Positions 11,471-24,480 are shown, counted from the first letter of the whole stretch. The stretch: 57,705 bases of DNA, filler included, from Sphacelaria rigidula (GCA_964200075.2; 9 parts of 9 records of this genome joined end to end with filler, not necessarily neighbours in it), one strand, 5' to 3'. A program made the numbers and translations. Notes: generated by a model not told the origin, from the sequence alone.

Positions 11471-12846
11471 GTCGTTGTGTTGAGTCTTCCCCAAAATGAC
11501 CCTTCTTGGCAAAAAAAGCATGCTTTCGCATGTACCCTGGTGGGGGCGGAAGGCTGGAAATCCCCCGAAATAATGTTAGGGAGGTCGGGACGGAGGAGGT
11601 TGTCCATGTGAAAGTCATCCATCAACTTAGGTCTGGGGTAGCACGGCTTTTGAGTTGAACCTCATTTGTTTTCAACCCCATTTTTGACAATCCACTGTTC
11701 CCTGTCAGTGCGAACGGGGGATGGTAAATGAAACTGAGCCATGTTTCTGTTGGCAGGTTCGTCTCCTACAAGCAGCTCTGCGGAAAATAATATCTCTGCG
11801 CAGATAGATGTACAGCACACTGGCTCCCCACCATCCCCGCTTATCTGCATCACGTGCATACAGCGCACACTTCTGTACTCATGACGAAATAGGAAAAAAG
11901 AACGGCTCCGCATATTTTCACAGAGAGATTCACATAAAAAACTGTGGTCCTCGGCGATGTGTGACGGACCTTACCCCCCCCCCCCCAAACCCTGAATCTC
12001 CCTGGAACTATTTTGGGGGGTTTCTAGGCTTCCGTTCCCACGCAGGGTATGACTTTGTGCAAACAAACCATCATCGGGCTCAAAAGCGTCCCCCTTTTCA
12101 CCCCGAGATCGAGGCCAAAGTGTGTTTTCGCACATCTCTGACGGAACAGAAGGCTAAAAAAACCCCAAAATCATTTCAGGGAGATCGGAGTGGATGAGGT
12201 CGTCCATACATGAAAGTAACATGTCACTACTTCAGTCCAGCAAAGCACTGGTTGAAGTTGAAATTGAATTCAATCTTAAACCTGGTTCAACCGCATTTTG
12301 CCCCCCCTCCGTTTAGCGTCCCTAACGGTCACGCTTACTCCCTTCTTTCGTAGTGCTTAAGTAAGTGCAAAGTCAGTATGTGTGCTTTGTGTCTTTGCTG
12401 AATGTAGCGGCAAGATACATTCAGCGTGCCATTGCTCCCACTGAACACAGTCTACTGCATGCTGCTGTGCCTCTGCGTATGAGAGGAAAACTCCGGATGT
12501 CCGTGGACTGTCAGCCTGTGAAGCTGTTCCGAGGCGATGCTCGATGTCTGAGGGTTTTTGTGACGCCCCTTGTATTTAGATGCTACACAAACGCCTCCAC
12601 AACGCTGACACATCCCGGAATTGAACGTTTTTCTTCAAGTGTTTGTCAAACTTACCTCAAAACCTGCAGTACCGACTGAAACAATTTCACGGTTAGGACA
12701 AATAATGATTGGTCAGGAAATTACTTGGTTTTAGTATAATAAGTTGNNNNNNNNNNNNNNNNNNNNNNNNNNNNNNNNNNNNNNNNNNNNTTAATTAATT
12801 AANNNNNNNNNNNNNNNNNNNNNNNNNNNNNNNNNNNNNNNNNNNN

Positions 12847-15565
12847 TGTGGGGAAAGCACTGTTTAAGGCTTGGACCTCATCTCGGAGTTAAACCTCAAT
12901 TCGCACAATGTGTTGTTCATGGTTGTTTGGAGGACCAGTTTGCCCAAGGTGAGCACCGATACATCCTCTTTGGGTAAGAAGCCGCCCTGGTCCACGTAAA
13001 CTCCAACGGCGTAAAATATTCGCTGCGAAATGAGGGTTCATGCGTCGCGGGAGCAATGAAGGTGGTTGTTGCGATGGAAGGGATCTGTGTGGGCGGCCAC
13101 GAAACGAGAAAGCCATTCTCGTTCGTGGGGCGCCAGTTGTAAGCCTTGGGCAGGGACGGTATTCGCCGCCGATTTAGCTCCACGAGGTGGCGGTGTTGGA
13201 GCCGTCGTGGGGGCAGCAATAGCCGCAGCATACGGCGTCTTATCGGACTTACGTGGTATTACGGAAGTAGACATGTTGGTCGTTGGCTGACGAGACGGAC
13301 GGGCACTGAGAAAGTTGCTGGCGGGAGACGGAGAAGCTTGATGGTTGGACAAGCGCGCCACCGACGTAGCCGCTTCTTGAGCCGTCCGTCGGACATGATC
13401 TTCCAGCTCGCGCACCCGTCGCTGAGCCGCCATGGCTGCAGTACGACCTTCTTGAAGCGCCCTTTGGGCAGTCGTGGTCCTGCATTGAGCGGTGGAGGCC
13501 TGCCGCGGAAGATCCTTTTGCTTCTCAGCGTGCTCCTCCAGAAGGAGGCGGGCAGCGGTGGCGTCAGCTTCACGTTGCTGGTCGAGGATGTCTTGGGCTA
13601 GTGCTGGTGCTTGTGACGCGTAGTCGTCAATGAGTTGTTGCTGCTCCGCGCGGGAGCGGTTTCGAAACAGCCTTAAGAAGAGGCCAGCCGGACAGCACTC
13701 GTCGCCGAGCTGAGGGAGATCCTCCACGGACGGGGACGAGCGCACGGGGGCATCTTCGCCGGACCAGTGGTGGGACCGCTATCCGTGTCGGTGTCGACTG
13801 CGGACGGGGCGGCCACGGGTGTTGTGGCCGTGAGTGTAGTTGGCATCACAGAAGGCTCAGCGGCCAAGGTAGCGGCGGTGATAGCGGCAGGTGTTGCGGC
13901 AGTAGTTGCTGCAGGAACGTCAAAGGGCTCCGTGGTGCTCTTGGCGGCAGCGGCAGTGGCTCTGGTGGTGTCCATTGTTGACAGTTGGCGCTCAAGTTCT
14001 GTCAAGCGTTGTTGAAGAGAGCAAATAGTCGCAGCATCGGAGCGGGACGGTGGTTCGCGGTCAGTGCGGGGTCGTCGGTTTTGCGATGAGGTCCGGTCGG
14101 ACCCTTCAAATGAGGATTCCATAGCCGGTGACATGTCCGAAAATATGTTTTGGATATCATTAGCATGTACAGTGTCATCATTGCGTACATGACGGCAGCG
14201 TGATAGATGCGGAGCAGGAGAGGTGCGCGCGGGTGCATGATCGGTGTTTTTCGAGCGCGTGTGAACGCGCGAAAAACTTGATCTGTCCCGCAAATCATCC
14301 TCGTGAGTACGTTCACGGTTGGCATCCACCGGGCGCTTTGGAGCGCGCGATGAATTGGAACTGTGGCGTGAACTACCGTCATATCTACGACCATGAGCGA
14401 CGTTCTTCGGGCGTGTAAAAACGCGCGATGAATTCAAGCTTTGCTGGGAGTTGCCCTTAGAACTGCCAGAACGGGAGACGTGGTCGTGACCAACTGTCAG
14501 TGTGCGGCGCCGGTCAGAAGCGCGAATAAGACTCTGGTTTGACGTTGAGGAGGGATTGGACTCATGTTTGTTGAACTTTTCATAAGTGACGAACGGAGGA
14601 CGCGATGTCGCCGATCGGGGCGCCAAACGTACGGGTTTGGGCGTGGCAAGTGCAGAATCATCATTGAATTGCACGTGAGCAGACGCCGATTGATCTTGGA
14701 GCGTGGCCTGGCAGAAAGCCGTAAATGCCTCGATGAGAGCTGAAGCTGGCCAGTGCGACGATGCCGATGAAGTGCGATGCAGAGTGTGCATGTCAACATG
14801 CATGGCCGCAACTGCGGGTCCGACATTGGACTGCGCAGTAGGGCGCACGGGACTATCGAGAGTCGTGCGATGGTGGTCCGTAACGGAAGCAGCCCGCGTG
14901 ACAAAGTCTCTTGCTCTAGAAGCGATACGCTTCGTCGGGACAGAATCGTCTCGAAAGCTGTCAGCCGTCATGCGACGGGGTACGGAAACAATCCACGCGA
15001 CAAAGTCTCGTGCTCCAGAAGCGATACGCTTCGTCGGGACAGAATCGTCTTGAGAGTTGTCAGCCGTCATGCGACGGGGTGCCACGGTTGAAGCAACCGT
15101 TACAGGGCCAAGCTGGACACGTGTGTCCAGGGGCAACGACTCAGCTAGGGGCACAATCCTGACTTCGGATTCCACATTGGAATTCGGAAGAACAGGACGC
15201 AGCGAGGGGGGCGCTACGGAATCCACCGTTATGGGTTCACTGACATGACCGTCAGGAACCAATGACTCAGCCGGTAGCACAGGCCTGTTCTCTGAGTCCG
15301 AGTCGGAACGTGAGAGAACAGGTCGCGGCGTCATAGTCTTGTCTTCAAGCCTCGAAGAACGAGCATCGCTCGAAGGTTGGTCTTCAGATCCCGAAGATCG
15401 AACAGCGCTCGCATACGTGCGGCGATGAGTTGAAGGTGACGTGACACTCATATTAAAAGATTTCGAACCGCCAGTGGTTTGACTCCGTCTCCGACGAAGC
15501 GATTGGTTGCCCAATTGAGGGGAAGACCCAGCGTTATTTCTGTGCCACATGATAATCGTACGCAA
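12847..15565 (-). pseudogene. Long frameshifted low-complexity and coiled-coil ORF, probable gag/ORF1 of an LTR retrotransposon; runs off the contig end
   Basis: Overlapping ORFs 13673..15565 (630 aa) and 13038..13745 (235 aa), then reading with stops to the contig edge. No evident introns, internal peptide repeats, and it begins just after a PBS-like motif. No diagnostic domain recognised. Confidence 0.55.
14896..15080. repeat. In-frame tandem duplication, unit about 99 bp (33 aa)
   Basis: PRRMTADNSQDDSVPTKRIASGARDFV and PRRMTADSFRDDSVPTKRIASRARDFV. Confidence 0.9.
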
Positions 15566-15621
15566 CTCGTGTGCTCAAAAAAGGCAGGGGCAATGTGTCT
15601 GGTCTGCGGTCTCTAATCAAA

Positions 15622-17503
15622 GGAGCGTGACACCAAGATATGCTACGTGCAACGGCCGAAGCTTGTATCCGGAAATACGGGGTAATGAAGCCTAATAGCG
15701 CCTCGGGAGGACCTTGGGACCGTATGAACTCGAGTATTTCTATTCAAGCGAACTGCTGTATGCAACAACAATGTCCGGGGGCTGGTTAATGCAACTTATC
15801 TCAGTTGTGGCGGTAAGAGCTATCAACGGAAGCTCGGGATGGTGCACAGAACAGACGTATGGCGTCGAAGAAAAGCGAAAGTCAATTGTCTGTAGCAGCG
15901 TTGGTACGTGAAAGTCGGACAACTCACACGTGTTCCGGTTGTGGCGTCACGGGCAGACTGTAACTGTCTTATCCCGGCACAAGTTGAGAAACGACTGGCG
16001 GTGTTCAATGAAATTGGTTTTTGATGAGCACCGAAAGATCGTGCAGCGTAGGGCAGCACAAAAGCTTCAGCAAAGGTTGGGATGTAGACCGCGAGATCGG
16101 ACCTCGTAGTGCACAGGCAAGGCTTGTTACACAACGGGAGTGGGACAACGTACGTATGTGAAACAAGATTGAATGTTGTGCATAGCAGGAGCAACGCTGA
16201 GGGCGGTGCCGAAAACAAGTAGTACACAGGCAAGTGGCACTAGTTTCGAGTGCTGGCTGCTCCAAGAATGTACCTAACGTAGGTTTGGAATGTGTCAAAC
16301 AAATATTATCGCACCGTCTCGGAACAATAAATTATTGTTCGTTCGAGAGGGGTCAATGAGGGAAAACTCACAGTTCGTGGAGCTGTGGATTGTTACTACT
16401 GTGATGCACAGCGCTGCTCTATAGCTGTGCGAAGTATACTAGAAGAGAACAACAACAACAAATTAGCTACGAATAACGTATATCACGACGAAACTGTCTC
16501 GGAATAATTAATCAATTTTTTGTTCGAAAGGGGGTCAAATGAGAGAAAACTCACAGTTCGTTGTGCTGTGTATTGTTACTTACCACGGTGATGTATCGCA
16601 CTGCTCTACAGCTGTGCGAAGTACACCAGAAGAGGACAACAACAACAAAGTAGCTACAAGTGTCGTAGATCGCGACGAAACTGAAGTGCCGGAACGGGTA
16701 CAAATCTCGTGTACAGATGTCCCTGGTAATTTCTCTGGGAGCACGGGTTGTACTGTTCAGTGATTCCGCGAAGAAGATATACAACAGTCGCGTACAATCG
16801 ATACTAAAATTATGAGAGCAGCAAATTGCTGACTTGGCAAGGAGCTCAGGTCAGGGACAGTGGCTGACTATGAGCAACAGTGCGCCTTGTGCACTGGTGT
16901 TCTGTAACAGACCTGTAGTAGAAGACTTCTCCTCGTAGAAGGAAGGGCAACAAAACCAAATACGCGAGCCAAGGATGACTGTGCGCGTGGTCGTGCTGTA
17001 CTAGATGATCCAGGGGTGTTACGTTGTGCGGTCCGAGCGTACCACCGTGCAACATGCAGGTGTATATATCACAAAGGACACAAAAAAGCACAGCAAGGAC
17101 TAATGTCGAGATAGCCCCCGACAAAAAGTGCACCGGAGATCGTCCGATAAACCGGCTGCGATCCCACTATTGGGCTCGTTGGCAGGAATTTCGCCCACAT
17201 GAGAGGCGTGTAGCAGCCCGGAATCAGCTATAACGCCCGAATGAGTCGAGTCGTGCAGCACGAAACCAGCTCTAACCACATTTGTGATCATCGCCTCCGT
17301 GCACGTTTTTGGCCGGTTCGGGGAGGGGGCTATCTCGGCAGCAGTCCAAGGCGAGACTGGCGTGCGGTGCGCGTTGACCCAACGTAGTACAAGATGTGCA
17401 GTCAAGCGTTGCAGCAAGCGGCAAGCAGCAAGGCACGAATACTGTATACGATGTAGCGCACAGGTGGGAAGCTTTGCAGTAGCTAACGACTGACTGTGTA
17501 GCA
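15622..17503 (-). mobile_element. Putative 5' LTR (ending GTAGCA at 15641) plus primer-binding site TGGTGTCA
   Basis: Minus strand reads ...cacgtagca tatct tggtgtcacg upstream of the long ORF. A matching TGCTAC start exists at 17503, with an alternative at 17215. There is no second LTR to confirm it. Confidence 0.4.
16313..16695. repeat. Diverged tandem duplication, unit about 180-190 bp
   Basis: gaaaactcacagttcgt...gctgtgcgaagta...aacaacaacaaa.tagctac...cgacgaaactg occurs twice in tandem. Confidence 0.85.
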
Positions 17504-19269
17504 AACCGCTAGGTAGGTTTGACTACGAAAATCCCAAAAGCCGCAAGGTGAAATAATTCAACAAAAACTACGGTACGCAGCTCAACAAGCGGGGTTTCAA
17601 TCGATGCTAAAAAGGAAACGCAATTGCAACACAGAGGGAGCTCCTTAGTCAAACGCCAAATGTAATGAGACTGTTGTGCTATATTTGCAAGGACACAGCT
17701 TGCAGTCCAAGGTACAGGCTCTCACAAGGTAAGTGGACAACAATCAGGCTACTGGCACAAGTTCTGCACACTGCTGAGCACAGCCAAGCACAATATGGCA
17801 GACGAATTCTCACGCAATGGTTCTTCACTTCTTCTGGATTATCTTGTCTCTAACTTCCAGTATCCAATCAATCCATCCAACCCAAACCAGTCAATATGTC
17901 TCACCGGTGCTTAGACTTCTTTCGCTGGAAAGCAGTAGGGGAGCAGTAGGTAGTGACCGATGGAGGCAGCTTTGTTCGTGTTCTGCGAACAAAGCCGGCA
18001 TCATCTCTGCAATATACAGATTCACACCCGTACCTGACCAACTCTGTCAGACCTGCAGTCTTGTATCTTAGAATAATCCAAACACGAAATAGCCTGAAAT
18101 GCAGATAGCCAGACTCGACAACGGGTCTGAAGCGGCATGACAACAGGCTAGTACGCGTCTTCATGACAGGCCCCTGTACAGCCGGATCTAGGACCCCAAC
18201 CTGACAGGGATCTTCCCACCGAACTGCTGGCTATCCCTAGAGATCACTTAGACTTTCGACTTTGTCTCCGAGCCAACTCGCTCGCGCTCGTCGAGCTTTC
18301 CCTAGTGATCCAATAGTCTTAACCCCACGACTAACGGTCAATCCCTGACTACATGACCAGAGGAAAATCATCAAACAAATTTCTCCGGTTAAGAGTGGAT
18401 CCTGGAAAATGGGGACGATCTCATGAATGAGGCTCAAGTGGCATATCTTTTTTGCAGGGATGATGCGAAACAGTTACACAGAGTGAGACCATCTTTCCCC
18501 CCAAAACTCTGCAGCAGTGAATCAGTTGTGGCTTAATGCACTGAACGACTGCGGTGCACACGTGTGTGGATGGCGATATCACCAGAGAGAGAAGCAACGA
18601 CAGAGAGGAAGCTCGTCCCCCATGTCCTTTGTGTGTCCTCGCTGGGCGATTATCAATCACTTGAGAGACTGGCATCATGGATGTTACTAGCACGTGCCGG
18701 ATTTCCCATGTGCCGGTTGGTATCCCCACAGAACATCGAGCTGCGGAGAGATTTCGTCTCTTTTTGTCTCTGGAGGCCACCAATGCGAAGATCGATTTCT
18801 CTCTGCCTCTCTTCTTGGACAGGACGCGCTTCTGTGCGCTGTGAACTGGGAAATGTTCCCGTTACCGCTACTACTATTCTCTGTCACACACATGTCAGCA
18901 AGGGCGGTGCGCTGCGGCAAAGATAACAGATGATCCAATCGGAAACTGGGGGGTCTTATTCATCGTTGATTTTACCCGACATGACGTATCTGACCATCAC
19001 GGCGCCCGACCACAAGAGCCTGCCACAGGTCAGTCGGGGTGTGTGTGTGTGTGAGAGAGATTAAACACTTGTGGAGACCTTCTTGACATGCAGAGTGAAA
19101 AATATATACCTATAACAGCCTGGATTCGTTATTGAGGTTCAATATTTTCATGAGTTTCAACTCGAAAACNNNNNNNNNNNNNNNNNNNNNNNNNNNNNNN
19201 NNNNNNNNNNNNNTTAATTAATTAANNNNNNNNNNNNNNNNNNNNNNNNNNNNNNNNNNNNNNNNNNNN

Positions 19270-21000
19270 TGCGGTTTTATCCACTCCGTAGATAATCCGT
19301 GCGTCCTCCGTGGCATAACATACGGATCGAACCACTAAAAAGACGCGGATTTCCAGGGACGATTTCGTTCTGAATGCCGGATAACTTAGAATTCGAAGTA
19401 TAAAAACATCGTTCTGGATGAGCAATTCGCCGATACGGTTCTGAAAGTCTGCACTCCGTACTTTATCCGTGCGTTCTCCGTAGTATATCTTAGATCAAAC
19501 TGCTGAAAAGCCACAAAATTCACGGATAAATTGCCCTGAATGCCGGGTAAGTTGGAATTCGAAGTACAAGAATACGAAAGGGTCAGAACCTGGGGCTGGG
19601 CAGTCTCAGGACCCCCGAAAACCGGAAAGCCCGTCAGTCGTTCAATGATGAGCGCAGATGTGATCTTAATTTGGAATGTGGAGGGGATGCCTTGTGGATC
19701 CCCAAACTGTGGGATCAAACGTCCGCTGGGATAAGCGGTTGCACGCGAAAACACTTTCGAATATCCCCGACTACGAAAGCACTCCGAAAATCTCCCTTTT
19801 TAGTTGAAAGCTACTGTGCTGCTATTGAGGTCATTCGTGAGGAACGTATTCCATGCTTTTTCTTGTGGTGGATAGCCTTAGTCCTGGGTGAAGCGCTGCT
19901 GCTGTTGCGCGTCTGCCATCTCGCCCCCCGTCATCCTGTCCTGAAGGAAATTCAAACGTGTACTGTTTATTATTCCCAATTGATTCTTGATTTTGTTTTC
20001 GAGGGATTCGACCATACATGTGCGCAATTTAATCCGCCGTTCCCCCTGTCCAGCAGCTGGAAGTCCAAGCAAAACAACTCCTTTCGTATTTTTGGTATTT
20101 ATCCGCGGATATCCATACATTTTTCGCAGATAACCGTATCGTTTTCACGAATTACTGCGACGGTGCACCGCGTGGAATTGCCGCGGTTTGTGCGGTTCGT
20201 TCCACGGAAGGGGGCAAACCGCTCCGTGAAAAAATCCATGCCACGGACATCCGCTCCGCAATAATCGGTGCATTTGTAGCGAGCGGATATCCGCTCCGTG
20301 AAAATCCGTGAGTTTTCCCACTGGCGGATATCCGCTCCGCTCCGTACCATATTCGAAAAATCCGTACCGCACCGTGACATTTTCGTTGGCGGATATCCGC
20401 TCCGCAATAATCCGTGAACTTTCCGATGTACGGATATCCGCTCCGTATAGATTACAGCTGCGCAGTTGGAACCGTGAAACACGGTTTTCTACAGTGCGGT
20501 TTTATCCACTCTGTAGGTGATCCATGCGTCCTCCGTGACATAAGTTACGGATCGAACCGCTAAAAAGACACGGATTTTCACGGATGAATTTGTTCTGAAT
20601 GCGGGATAACTCAGAATTCGATGAAAATATCGTTCTGGATAAGCAATTCGCCGATACGGTTCTGAAAGTCTGCACTCCGTACTCCATCTGTGCGTTCTCC
20701 GTAGCATATTTCAGATCAAATCGCCGAAAATCCACGGATTTCCACGGACGAAATTGTCCCGCATGCCGGATAACTTAGAATTCGAAGTATAAAAATTATC
20801 GTTCTGTATAAGCGATTCGCCTATATGGTTCTGAAATTGTACTCCGTACTTCATCCGTGCGTTCTCCGTAGCATCACTCAAACCAATCCGCTGAAAAACC
20901 ACAAAATCCCACGGATGAATTGTTCCGAATGCCGGGTGAGTTGGAATTCGAAGTTCAAAAATATTGTTCTCGATAAGCACTTCGCTGATACGGTTCTGAT
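19270..21000. repeat. Array of about 165-170 bp diverged units in two blocks (19270-19570, 20495-21000) with a cluster of GCGGATATCCGC(TCCG) motifs between them
   Basis: Recurrent actccgta...atccgtgcgttctccgtagcat...gaatgccggataacttagaattcgaagt...gccgatacggttctga, about five units; palindromic motif repeated across 20060-20450. Confidence 0.8.
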
Positions 21001-21382
21001 TGGCCGAGAAACGTATTCACCACCAGCGCCACGGCAAAGGACGCAAGGAAAAATCTGGTCATGTCGCACTGTCTGCTTGCTCGTGGGTGTCACTATGATA
21101 CCAAATATGTTCATATCGGATCAGTTTTGGGTTTTGTATCCAGTGGGGGGAAAAGTTTCGACCGTTCACCCTTAAACCAACCTACCTGTACACGTGTTCA
21201 TGTTCCCGAGACGGTTGGAGGATAATACTGCGTTTATTTATTTTCCGTGTTTCAAACATGGTCACGTGAGTCTTGCGTCCGGTTCAGATACGGTAGCGTG
21301 AGATTTATACTTTCGCCGTCCGGTGCAAACGCGGTCATTGGAGAGCTTGCTTGCTCTACACGTGAAAGGTGTTGCTTTTATT

Positions 21383-22170
21383 CCCCCCTAAGACCAACTT
21401 TTATGGCAACGAATCTCGATTTTTTTGAGACCCCGGTTTTGAAAAAATCGGGAGAACTTAGATTCGTGAACTGAAAATCGGGTGGATCGTTTTATGGTAC
21501 AGTCAGTATCGCAGGTTTGAGAAATGGTTATGTACAGTCATGTTCTGCATGAGTGTGGTACTGCAGGCGATAAACAATCCTTTGAGTACAGTGTCGTACC
21601 GTGGTACCCTAGGGTAATACAGTGCAGGACACTCCATCCACTAGTACAGTACATGATGATGCCGTGTGGTGGTGCATCTTGGCACAGTCGTTATTGCGAG
21701 AACAGTGAACAAACAGTGCGCGAGCAGAGTTCAAAAGTGCAGTGCCGTACATCACCACTCAAGTACAGCGACAACAGTTTGGAGAGTACGGTAGCGTTCG
21801 TTATAGTGATACACATGGCAGCGCGGTGCAGCATGAAATATTACCATCGCCGTAGAGTCCGGCGTCAGCGCTCATTATTCGCTTGTCAAACCCCGTTCGA
21901 AGTTGCTTCAGCAGCTGGCGCGGGCAGGCACGCCCTGCGCTGACACGAGACTGTCTTCTGCTGCCGTTGCAAAAATATTAATTGCCTCGTATCCTACCAT
22001 TGTACGTCCATGCACGTACGTCACCTTGAATATGTCGGGGGGGGGTCACGATCTCGGAACGATTTCCCCCCATTTTTTTTTATCGGGGGAAATCATTCCG
22101 AGATCGTGACTCCCCGATTTTTTCGTCCCCGATATGGTCCAAATCGGTGTCCATAAAATGTGTCCCCCTA
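21383..22170 (+). mobile_element. Non-coding interspersed element family C (about 800 bp), in the intron upstream of the first visible RAD21 exon
   Basis: Collinear, in reverse complement, with 25780-26596 on a different contig (e.g. ggtaccctagggtaatacagtgca; gcagcatgaaatattac). Confidence 0.85.
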
Positions 22171-22468
22171 TTTTTTTCTCCCAATGCTCCGAAAAATCAA
22201 GATTGGTGGCTGCCGTAAAAAAAATGGTCTTAACAGTACAGGAGGAGGGTTCGGTAGAGTACGATAGTAGTAGTAGTGAAACGAAGAAGCAAGGTCGTAA
22301 TCAAAGGACAGTCTCGTGGGGCAGGGGTTGGTGAATTCACGGTAGAGTATGACTTGTGTGACAAAGTGACCCCCCCCCCCCCGTCTCCCTCCTTTCCCCC
22401 TCCCATCCCCTCCTCTCTCCTCCTCGACTCTCTCCTCCTCTCCCTGACTTTGTTTGCTTCCCATGCAG

Positions 22469-22605
22469 ACAACATCATCAATCCGACAGTGCCGTTGGCG
22501 TTGCGCGTGTCGGGCCATCTTCTGCTGGGCCTGGTCCGTATTTATTCCCGGAAGGTTAAATATCTCATGTCCGACGCCAGTGAAGCTCTCGTCAAGATCA
22601 AGATG
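22469..22605 (+). CDS. RAD21: Cohesin kleisin RAD21/SCC1, N-terminal domain exon (first exon not in this contig)
   Basis: Polypyrimidine tract, catgcag acceptor, gtgagt donor. [45 protein letters not shown] is the Rad21/Rec8 N-terminal signature. Confidence 0.96.
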
Positions 22606-22636
22606 GTGAGTATCTACCCTTGCCTTTCCCCGAATC

Positions 22637-22955
22637 GTGAGCCTGGTCCGGCGAAAATCCGGCGTGTTCCGTCCTGGTTTTGCTGGGATGCGAGGTCAAT
22701 GGTCACATGATTACGGCATGCAAGATCATGAGTGCCCCCCCCCCCCCCCCCTGGCCACAGAAGGCGAAACAGGACGGGGATATGATGTGTAAACGGTTTT
22801 TGTGTGATGCATGGAAGAAACGTACTGAGCACCGAAGTGTTGGAGTTGTCTCCATTGGGAGTTACAACGGTGCTACGTCTCGAAAGGAATGCGTGGTCAA
22901 TGGTCACACGACTAATGCAAGCAACAAGTGAGTACGCCCCCCTCCCCCCCGCCCG
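22637..22955 (+). repeat. Dispersed repeat family B, longest copy, with a dimeric internal structure, in a RAD21 intron
   Basis: Matches 45220-45560, 6190-6270 and, reversed, 44795-44858. Two related arms ggtcaatggtcaca...gagt(ac)gccccc, each ending in a C-run. Confidence 0.85.
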
Positions 22956-23719
22956 AATCAACATGAAACCCTGGGAATATACACTCACCTATCGTGAGTG
23001 TTCCGATAATTTATCGATCCCGTGAGCTTTTCCCCCGAAAGATTGAGATAAGATGATGATTTTGGAAGGCGTGAGCGTGAGAATAGATGGACGATTGAGA
23101 GGATATATAGTGCGCGCCCGTTGCTTACAGCAGAGCAAAAATGAGGTTCAGCCCAATATGTGTGCGGCAGCAGTAGCAGTAGCAGCAGGGAGCAGCAGCT
23201 GTTTCTTTCGTCATGGTTGAGGCTTCTTGTTTCGGCTTTGTCCCCTTTTTTGTCTTTCATGTCATGAACCATGCATCATTCTGCTGCGTTCTACTGACGT
23301 CGTTGTACATGTGATGTTGCTGTACAGTTGGGTACGGCATCTGCAGGAATGGCACATATCATGACGCACGAGATGTGTACGTCAACGGTGCTTGTTTTAT
23401 CCAAGCGTTGTTTCTCCCCCGTGACACTGTTTACGACCCCCCCCCTCCCCGAAAAGTCCGTCCGTCTACCGTCCAACCCGGGGCTCTGGCGTGCGAAAGT
23501 TATCAACTTTGTTTGTCCACATTTGAGTGTATCGTGTGTATACCCACGCGCGACCTTCTTTCGTTTTTTTTTTTTCATGAATCAATTTTTCCGTCTTCAC
23601 TGTTTCATTTATTGATATATTTGAAAACTATTGCATACCCGTAGAAGGGGAGATTCCTCCACCCAAATGTGTGTCGAGGGCTCATGACTTTTTCCCATAT
23701 CTACTCGGGTATATCTTCG

Positions 23720-23980
23720 TTCATTCAATCGTTCATCCATCCACTCGTATACACCCGTTCATTCGTGTGCTCACTCCTTCACTTGTGTCCCCATCCATTT
23801 CTTCGCATGTATCCATTCAGTTGGTCGTTCATGCATCCACTCGTGTTTTCATTTATCCATCCAAGTAGTTATTCATGCACGTATCCATCCTATCCAGTTA
23901 TTCATTTTCTCCTCTCATCCGTGCGTCCATTTGATCCACTCATTCATGCCTCCATCCATCCATCACTTCATCCATTTCAT
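23720..23980. repeat. Degenerate (CATC/CATT)n microsatellite
   Basis: Recurrent catccatcc, cattcaatc and tatccatcc. Confidence 0.8.
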
Positions 23981-23981
23981 A

Positions 23982-24115
23982 ACCCTGGGCAAGAGAATAC
24001 ACAGTCAAAAGGTGTACTGCGTACAGTATCGACTATTGCGCCTATTGCAATAGAAAATAGATCACATACTGTACGCAGTACATTTTTTGACAATATAATC
24101 TATTGTCCAGGGTGT
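23982..24115. mobile_element. Palindromic MITE family D (about 140 bp)
   Basis: accctgg...gtcaaaaggtgtactgcgtacagtat...ctattgcaatag...atactgtacgcagtacattttttgac...ccagggt; other copies at 43197 and 56386. Confidence 0.85.
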
Positions 24116-24480
24116 GATCCATTGCTTTCATCCGTCCACTCATTAGTTTCCATTCACTCACACGCCGCACAGCTCAATTCTGATACCCTGAGTATTACTT
24201 CTTACTAGTGTACTGATCCGGATCATGAGGTAGGTAGCTCATTCGACCCCCTTTTTTTTTCCCTTCATATTTGCTCCCTACAGCACTGAACGTCGAGCAC
24301 GCAGAGTCGCGTAAAAGCAGCGATTTGGCTTCTCGGACCCTCCTGTCACATATTCCTGTGTTTTTGGATAATTAGTCTTACAGTCCGCTTCGGTTAGCTG
24401 TTCTAGGTAGCCATAATAGCTGATGAGCTATCCGTCGTGTGCATTTCTTTGAGTATGATGCATATTTTTTCTCATGACAG

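Noticed and set aside
19270..21000. CRISPR-like repeat-spacer array
   Set aside because: Units are long and similar along their whole length, with no unique spacers and no cas genes, in a eukaryotic intron.
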